This document shows positions 58,465 through 64,000 of a stretch of DNA of 64,000 nt, in pieces. The position numbers and the translations under genes were made by a program. Each line of letters begins with the position of its first letter. Position 1 is the stretch's first letter. The notes beneath the pieces were generated by a model, which ran no database searches, was not told the DNA's origin, and worked only from the letters and a program-made list of their open reading frames with translations. Source of the DNA: a virus; the IMG/VR virus record IMGVR_UViG_3300032323_002843, positions 1 to 64,000 of that record; one strand, written 5' to 3'.

Positions 58465-59838
58465 TTACGGACACAGTGTTGTAGCAACAATGAATCCACC
58501 ATTATCTACTTGGTAGCTGTTTGCACCAGTTCCTTGAGAGTACCATTGGTTACCTCCTATTATAGGAGTCACTCCACACTCACCATTTACATATAATCTT
58601 GTAGGAGTTAAAGCATTGTCAGTATCAAATAATGTTAAACTTCCTAAATGAGCACATGCAGTGGCATTAGAAGGGTATAAATATATTTGTTGACAAGCAG
58701 CTGTTGTGGTAGTTGTTGTTGTACTAGTAGTAGTTGTTGTAGTAGTAGTTGTTGTTGTAGTCGTAGTTGGTGGTGGTGTTGTAGTTGTTGTTGTTGTACT
58801 AGTTGTTGTTGTTGTTGTAGGTGGTGGTGTTGTAGTTGTTGTTGTTGTACTAGTTGTTGTTGTTGTAGTCGTAGAAGGTGCAGTTGTAGTAGTAGTTGTC
58901 GTACTAGTTGTTGGTGTTAATGTTGTTGTGGTTGTTGTTGTAGAAGTTGTTGTAGGGGCTGTTACAATAGCAGTAACTTTAGCCTTATTACTTCTTAAAG
59001 TAATAGGACAAGAACTAGCAACTTCAGCACTTATAGTATAGTAAATAGTATAAGTACCAACCATAGTAGTAGTTAACAAAACAGTACCGTTACTTCCTGT
59101 TGACCAATAAGCTAAATCAGAAGCACTACCTGATAGTAATATTGAACCTGTATTTAAGGTTCCACTTCTTCCATCATCATTAAGCGATGCTGAAATTGTT
59201 TTTGGAGAGTCTGTAGTTAAAAAACTTCCACTATCATTTTTAGCTAGTGGAGGTAGAGGAAACATTAATTGATAATCTTGATTAGTTATAATAGCTAATC
59301 CTTGAGCATAAAATATATTCCCAACATGAGTTTTACTTCCAGAGTAATCAAATAAATTTCCATAAGCATCATCTGTAATATTATATGCTGATGATGATAA
59401 TTGAAAATTGCCAGGAAGTACTTTATTACCAAAAACGCTTTGATTAATTGCTATTACACGAATCCCGTCCATTGCTCCTGTAGGGAAATTAACAATTAAA
59501 TTATCGTTATCATTGTAAATAAAATAAGAAGAAGTAGGACGTTGTTGAGAAGCAGACTGATAATTGTTTAGGGTAAACATTAACGAGCTTGTGTTTAACG
59601 AAGCTGTATATGTTTGATAAAACATTTGGTTAACTTGAGCGTAAACTAAACGCTCATATTCACCTTCAGTAACAGGATCATTATCGGCAGAAAAAGCTCC
59701 TGTAACGTTTGTGCCTTTATAAATAGTTAAATAGCCAGATGAAGTAGGGTATGGACAATAAGGTAAAGTCCATTGTTTATTAGCTTGGTTTGCTACAACT
59801 GTAACGTCTGATCTGCTTAACTGTTTGAATGAAGACAT
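58465..59838 (-). CDS. Structural protein N-half fused to Ig/cadherin-like domain, mucin-like Thr tract and Cys-containing tip domain
   Basis: KVLPGNFQL...ITDD...GNIFY matches the N-half of paralog 59842..60855; PLAKND...GTYTIYYTI is Ig-like; followed by an 84-aa Thr-rich tract. Confidence 0.8.
   Translation of the reverse strand: MSSFKQLSRSDVTVVANQANKQWTLPYCPYPTSSGYLTIYKGTNVTGAFSADNDPVTEGEYERLVYAQVNQMFYQTYTASLNTSSLMFTLNNYQSASQQRPTSSYFIYNDNDNLIVNFPTGAMDGIRVIAINQSVFGNKVLPGNFQLSSSAYNITDDAYGNLFDYSGSKTHVGNIFYAQGLAIITNQDYQLMFPLPPLAKNDSGSFLTTDSPKTISASLNDDGRSGTLNTGSILLSGSASDLAYWSTGSNGTVLLTTTMVGTYTIYYTISAEVASSCPITLRSNKAKVTAIVTAPTTTSTTTTTTTLTPTTSTTTTTTTAPSTTTTTTTSTTTTTTTPPPTTTTTTSTTTTTTTPPPTTTTTTTTTTTTTTSTTTTTTTAACQQIYLYPSNATACAHLGSLTLFDTDNALTPTRLYVNGECGVTPIIGGNQWYSQGTGANSYQVDNGGFIVATTLCP
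58702..58953 (-). repeat. Coding low-complexity tract (ACA/ACT)n encoding an 84-aa Thr-rich mucin-like segment
   Basis: Runs of Thr6-14 punctuated by S and PPP. Confidence 0.95.
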
Positions 59839-59841
59839 GCA

Positions 59842-60855
59842 TTAATAGTCTAGTTTGATTCTAATTAGAGCTTCTTTAGTAAAGTCTTTTGTCAATGGTT
59901 GACTTAATTTAGCTATAGCTAACAACTCATTATTATCATTATACATACCTACAGCAGTAGGGAATGTTTGAGGATTATCAATTAATGTAGTATATAATAA
60001 GTTACCATTAGCATCTATAATAGATGGATTTGTTGTATAGTTAAATTCACTATTTTTTACTCTTGTGAAGAAATATCTTGAAGATACTGTTTCAGATGAT
60101 TGTAAAGTAAAGCTACTTGTTGAAGATCCACTTACAATTGAATTATATAATCCTAAAGTATTATAACTTGCTGAAGAAGTACGCTGGTTCATGTTTGCAG
60201 AGCCAGTAATATAAGGTAATAATGATGTTGATGATTGTGAAGTTGCGTTTAATACAATAACATTAAGATCAGGGAACATCATTCCATAATAAGAAGCAGA
60301 AGCAGCAGCTGTGTAACCAGTACCATTACTACCACTAATTATATAATATACTTCATTTTCACCAATAAAGCGAGTTAAATTTGTAGTACCGCTATCATCT
60401 GTTAAATAAATAATACTGCTACCACTCTTTAAAGCTAGGTTAAAAGAACCTGGTTGTAATGATTCTTTGTAGCGGTTACGAGCAAAGTTTAAAACAAATA
60501 TTTGACTTGCTGTAGTAGCGCTGTTATCAAAGCTAAAATTTACTGTTTCAGTTCCGTAAACTAAGTTTCTATATTCTCCATATACAACACGAGAAGGAGT
60601 ATATCCACCTGTAGGAACATTATTATTAATTAGAGCAGAGCCGGATCCAAATAGGTTACCATATTGAATACTAAATTGTACAGCTGAGCTTGATAAAGAT
60701 GGAATACCATTATATACATCTAAATAATATTCAGATGTTGTGCTTTGGCTAACAAAATTACTTGAATTTGCATTTACATCTCCACTCCAAAAACCACGTA
60801 TTACGGTTTCTGAGCTAATTACTGAATCTTCTGGGGTGTATCTTACGAATGACAT
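59842..60855 (-). CDS. Baseplate/tail structural protein
   Basis: Located in the structural cluster; KESLQPG, RVKNSEFNYTTNPS and ELLAIAKLSQP motifs. Confidence 0.7.
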   Translation of the reverse strand: MSFVRYTPEDSVISSETVIRGFWSGDVNANSSNFVSQSTTSEYYLDVYNGIPSLSSSAVQFSIQYGNLFGSGSALINNNVPTGGYTPSRVVYGEYRNLVYGTETVNFSFDNSATTASQIFVLNFARNRYKESLQPGSFNLALKSGSSIIYLTDDSGTTNLTRFIGENEVYYIISGSNGTGYTAAASASYYGMMFPDLNVIVLNATSQSSTSLLPYITGSANMNQRTSSASYNTLGLYNSIVSGSSTSSFTLQSSETVSSRYFFTRVKNSEFNYTTNPSIIDANGNLLYTTLIDNPQTFPTAVGMYNDNNELLAIAKLSQPLTKDFTKEALIRIKLDY

Positions 60856-60863
60856 AGTTTATA

Positions 60864-61526
60864 TTATATTGTTGATACTTTTTGAATATTAAGAGGAATT
60901 GTAATTCTAGCTCCACTATCTCTACCAATTACAGTAAAGGTTGTAGTTAATTGAGTTAAATTAGAACCAAATAATGTATTAATTGTAGTACCTGTTAATG
61001 TGAATGAAGTACCAACTTGAGTTACTGATAATACAGTTCCTGTAGTTGTGTTTAAATTTCCTGTAGGTTCAGTTGTAGTAATACCTGTACCTGTAAATGT
61101 AGATACTAAACGAGAATCAGCAATTGTTGCAGTGTATCCATTAGCTTCAAATGTACTTGTAGCACCTAAATAGTTAAGTGTTTGTGGAGTAATTGTTAAT
61201 GAAGCACCTTGGCGTAAAGTGATACTGTTATAACCTAAGTTAATAACTGGTAGTTTAGATGTGCCACGAGGTAATGTTACTAATTTGTAACGCATTACTT
61301 GTGATTCGTTTGGAATAGCTTCTAATACTGGTGTATTTTCAATTGCTTCTCCATAATATGCAGAGCCTGATGGGTGGGTTGGATTATATAGAGTATAATC
61401 AATTTCATCATCTGCTAATGCAAATTGTGTGATTTGAAATGAACCATCATTACGAGCCAATAATTCGCGGCCCTTCGTGGTTAATATTGCATCTACTGTA
61501 ATTACTGTAGGATTTAAAATTGCCAT
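60864..61526 (-). CDS. Baseplate/tail structural protein
   Basis: VDAILTTKGRELLA...FALADDEIDY; late motif upstream. Confidence 0.7.
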   Translation of the reverse strand: MAILNPTVITVDAILTTKGRELLARNDGSFQITQFALADDEIDYTLYNPTHPSGSAYYGEAIENTPVLEAIPNESQVMRYKLVTLPRGTSKLPVINLGYNSITLRQGASLTITPQTLNYLGATSTFEANGYTATIADSRLVSTFTGTGITTTEPTGNLNTTTGTVLSVTQVGTSFTLTGTTINTLFGSNLTQLTTTFTVIGRDSGARITIPLNIQKVSTI

Positions 61527-61563
61527 AGTTTCTTATTGTGTATATACTATAAATATGTTAAAT

Positions 61564-62298
61564 TTAGAAGCCTCCGCCGTTAATATTATCTATGGCTGGC
61601 TGGTCGTTAAGTAGTTTTTGTTTAACTTCTTTAGTAATGGTATCGATATTAGCTAATACTGTAGGAGAAATATTTTCAGGAATTAAAAATCCGTATGATG
61701 TTTTTCCACTTCTTTTTGTAAAAGATAATATTACGTTAGTTTCATCTTGTCTTCGAGATAATACTAGAAAACGAGTATATGTTTGATTTGCAATTTCGGA
61801 TTTTAATGTAGCCGATAATTCAATATCTAACCCAGCATGTAATAAACCTGCTTGACTATACACATTTAATACTCTTGCTTCTACAAATGTATTATCTGAA
61901 AGATATATTAATATAATATCAAAAGGGTTAATAACAAAATTATAGTCAACATCTCCATAATCATCATATAAACTACTACTTACAGAGCCAGATAATGGGT
62001 TTGGTACAAATAAATAATTACCTCCATGAAAACCACTTACACCAGGTGAAAATATAATTTCATTTGAATTAGAACCGGTTGCTATAGAGGCACTGCTGAA
62101 ATAAGGATATGGTGTTGAGGCATAACCTAAAGAAGCAGCTAGTGAAGATACTTTTAAAGCACCAGTCCCTAAAGAAGCAGTAAAGCTTCCAGTAGAATTA
62201 CCTTCCATTTGAAATTTAAATATTAATTTTTCTCCTACATTTAATGGTGTAGAAGGAATATTAATATTAAACGTTGTATTTATTGTTTTTTGTGCCAT
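61564..62298 (-). CDS. Hypothetical structural protein
   Basis: 244 aa, SGS-rich, in the structural cluster. Confidence 0.65.
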   Translation of the reverse strand: MAQKTINTTFNINIPSTPLNVGEKLIFKFQMEGNSTGSFTASLGTGALKVSSLAASLGYASTPYPYFSSASIATGSNSNEIIFSPGVSGFHGGNYLFVPNPLSGSVSSSLYDDYGDVDYNFVINPFDIILIYLSDNTFVEARVLNVYSQAGLLHAGLDIELSATLKSEIANQTYTRFLVLSRRQDETNVILSFTKRSGKTSYGFLIPENISPTVLANIDTITKEVKQKLLNDQPAIDNINGGGF

Positions 62299-62307
62299 TT
62301 ATTATGT

Positions 62308-64000
62308 TTAATTAGCATAGTAGTCACAGTTATTATCTACAACTACTGTTAATTGTGTTCCTCCGATAGTTAATACACTACCATTAGTAGCATATTGACC
62401 GTTTATTACTAAATATGATCCTTTAGTATAGTTAGTAGTACTAGATCCCATTGGAGTATTACCAGTTACATTTCCACTAGTTGTACCAGCAGTAATAGTT
62501 AAACTATTTCCAGTATTTATATTATCATCTTCACTAATTACATTACAAGCATTACCAGAATATCCTGTAACAAAGGCCGAACTAATAACAATATTAGTTG
62601 ATGGAATTGCTTCAGATAATGTAAAGTAAAAATCTCCACTAGTATAATAAGTAAAATATAATGTTGATGATATTGGATCACCTGCTACAAAATATTGAAC
62701 ATCTTTTTGTAGTAATGTTTCTCCACTAGAACCACTTTTCCATACTTGTAAAGACCAAGTAGCATTGTTTATAGGACTTGTACCTACTGTATAATCAAAA
62801 GGTAAACTTATCTGAACTAAATGATCACCAGTTTCTTGGACTGAATATGTTGGGAATTGGGTTACAGATCCTGATCTAAAGTATTGTGATCCTTCAATGG
62901 TTCTATCAAAGATGTTGTAAACATAGCTTCCACTTAAAGGATAAGTATTACTACCTCCACTTCCGCTAATATAAGAGTTTGGATTTAGTGTGTTTTGAGC
63001 TGTAGCTAAATATGCATTTAAATCTACTGTGTTTAAAAATGCTAAAATATTATCTGATCCTGTAGGGCCAAAATATAAGATAGGTTCATAAGTATAACCA
63101 CTATCAAATATTGATTTTTCACCATCAGTAATTTTTTGATTACTATATAGTTGATTATTAAATTGAGATATACTTCCTGTATCATTTTGGATAAAGGTAT
63201 TTTGTACTTCTACCCAATGTTTATTACGAAGGTTTAATTCAGTTAAATTACCTTCAATATCAACTAAATATTTTAAAGCAACATTATTGCGTTTAGGTAA
63301 AAACCTACTATTTACTACTTCTGAAAATAAACCTAGTTTAAGTACATTTTTATCTATAACTGCTGTTTTACCATACGAAGTATCTCCATCAGTATATGTG
63401 TTATATTTTGCACTGCTTAATTTAACACCATCATATCTTGATAATTGATGTGTTTTTAAAGTTTCATATGAATCCTGTAATTGAACAGGAGTTAAAATAA
63501 AATTTTGAGTACCAAAGATAGGTTCTGCTAATTGTCTATTTCTAGAAATTAAACTACTAGAAACATTATTTAACATTACGTTATAATCAGTATGATTAAA
63601 AACGTAAATTTGTCCTGGTGTTAATGTACTTGATGTTGGGAGCAAATAGGGATTGAAAGTTCCACTTTCAAAATATTTGTAAGTATTTATATAACTTCCG
63701 GTAAATACACCATTATAATAAGCTGCTTTACTACCAGTTAATCCATAATAAATGTCTGTATATTCAGTTCCGATAGTTGGTCCTGCTATACTGCCTGTCT
63801 GTACTTCAATTTCTGATGTAGCTGAAGGATTAGCATAAGACCATTTATTTCTTTCAAGTATAGGTGAACTAATAGTTACACCAGTTGATAAACTTGTTCT
63901 TGCAGGAATAAAATCCTGTAGCATTTTGAACAATGAATTATCAAAAAATTGTATTAAACGAATAAAGCTATTATAATCAGTTGCAGCAATTGAACCACTT
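62308..64000 (-). CDS. Large baseplate-type structural protein, 3' part (5' end outside window)
   Basis: The frame stays open from 63933 to the window edge (SGSIAATDYNSFIRLIQFFDNSLFKMLQDFIPAR). Confidence 0.75.
   Translation of the reverse strand, partial: SGSIAATDYNSFIRLIQFFDNSLFKMLQDFIPARTSLSTGVTISSPILERNKWSYANPSATSEIEVQTGSIAGPTIGTEYTDIYYGLTGSKAAYYNGVFTGSYINTYKYFESGTFNPYLLPTSSTLTPGQIYVFNHTDYNVMLNNVSSSLISRNRQLAEPIFGTQNFILTPVQLQDSYETLKTHQLSRYDGVKLSSAKYNTYTDGDTSYGKTAVIDKNVLKLGLFSEVVNSRFLPKRNNVALKYLVDIEGNLTELNLRNKHWVEVQNTFIQNDTGSISQFNNQLYSNQKITDGEKSIFDSGYTYEPILYFGPTGSDNILAFLNTVDLNAYLATAQNTLNPNSYISGSGGSNTYPLSGSYVYNIFDRTIEGSQYFRSGSVTQFPTYSVQETGDHLVQISLPFDYTVGTSPINNATWSLQVWKSGSSGETLLQKDVQYFVAGDPISSTLYFTYYTSGDFYFTLSEAIPSTNIVISSAFVTGYSGNACNVISEDDNINTGNSLTITAGTTSGNVTGNTPMGSSTTNYTKGSYLVINGQYATNGSVLTIGGTQLTVVVDNNCDYYAN

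Noticed and set aside
3713-61786. Plus-strand ORFs in the track (e.g. 5192..5623, 25556..26101, 58687..59041)
   Set aside because: They are antisense shadows of minus-strand genes; VVPIPTLP and poly-V/C/S are reverse-frame readings of coding repeats.
1-64000. Stop-codon reassignment
   Set aside because: Hallmark genes (terL, portal, protease, capsid, primase) are full length and tightly packed in the standard code.
1-64000. tRNA/rRNA genes
   Set aside because: Intergenic gaps are short and none shows a cloverleaf with a T-loop consensus by eye.

Overview
A 64 kb, AT-rich segment of a large T4-related tailed phage. Every supported gene is on the minus strand in the standard genetic code. The host is probably Bacteroidota, based on TTTG-N19/20-TAnnTTT-like promoters and a Bacteroidota-style TonB receptor/lipoprotein pair. 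In transcription order (right to left) the window holds: baseplate/tail genes, one of which appears split by a mucin-like domain and three glycosyltransferases; a GIY-YIG protein, primase and PD-(D/E)XK nuclease; a TonB-dependent receptor and beta-helix lipoprotein; a long block of small proteins and enzymes sharing short N-terminal helical leaders ending in LxE; terminase, portal, prohead protease, scaffold, major capsid protein and PhoH; neck/tail-completion genes; and a tail-fibre cluster with two ~2300-aa fibres built from ~37 GNVGIGTTSP-bounded modules. The best candidates for new biology are (1) a phage-encoded virion mucin with a possible O-glycosylation pathway (HPAT/SERGT-like, GT6, GT25-like), (2) a putative capsid-targeting leader system for many cargo proteins, (3) DNA-level repeat-bounded modular fibres, and (4) a late promoter motif that is the reverse complement of T4's. 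All family calls come from motif recognition by eye; no database search was run.
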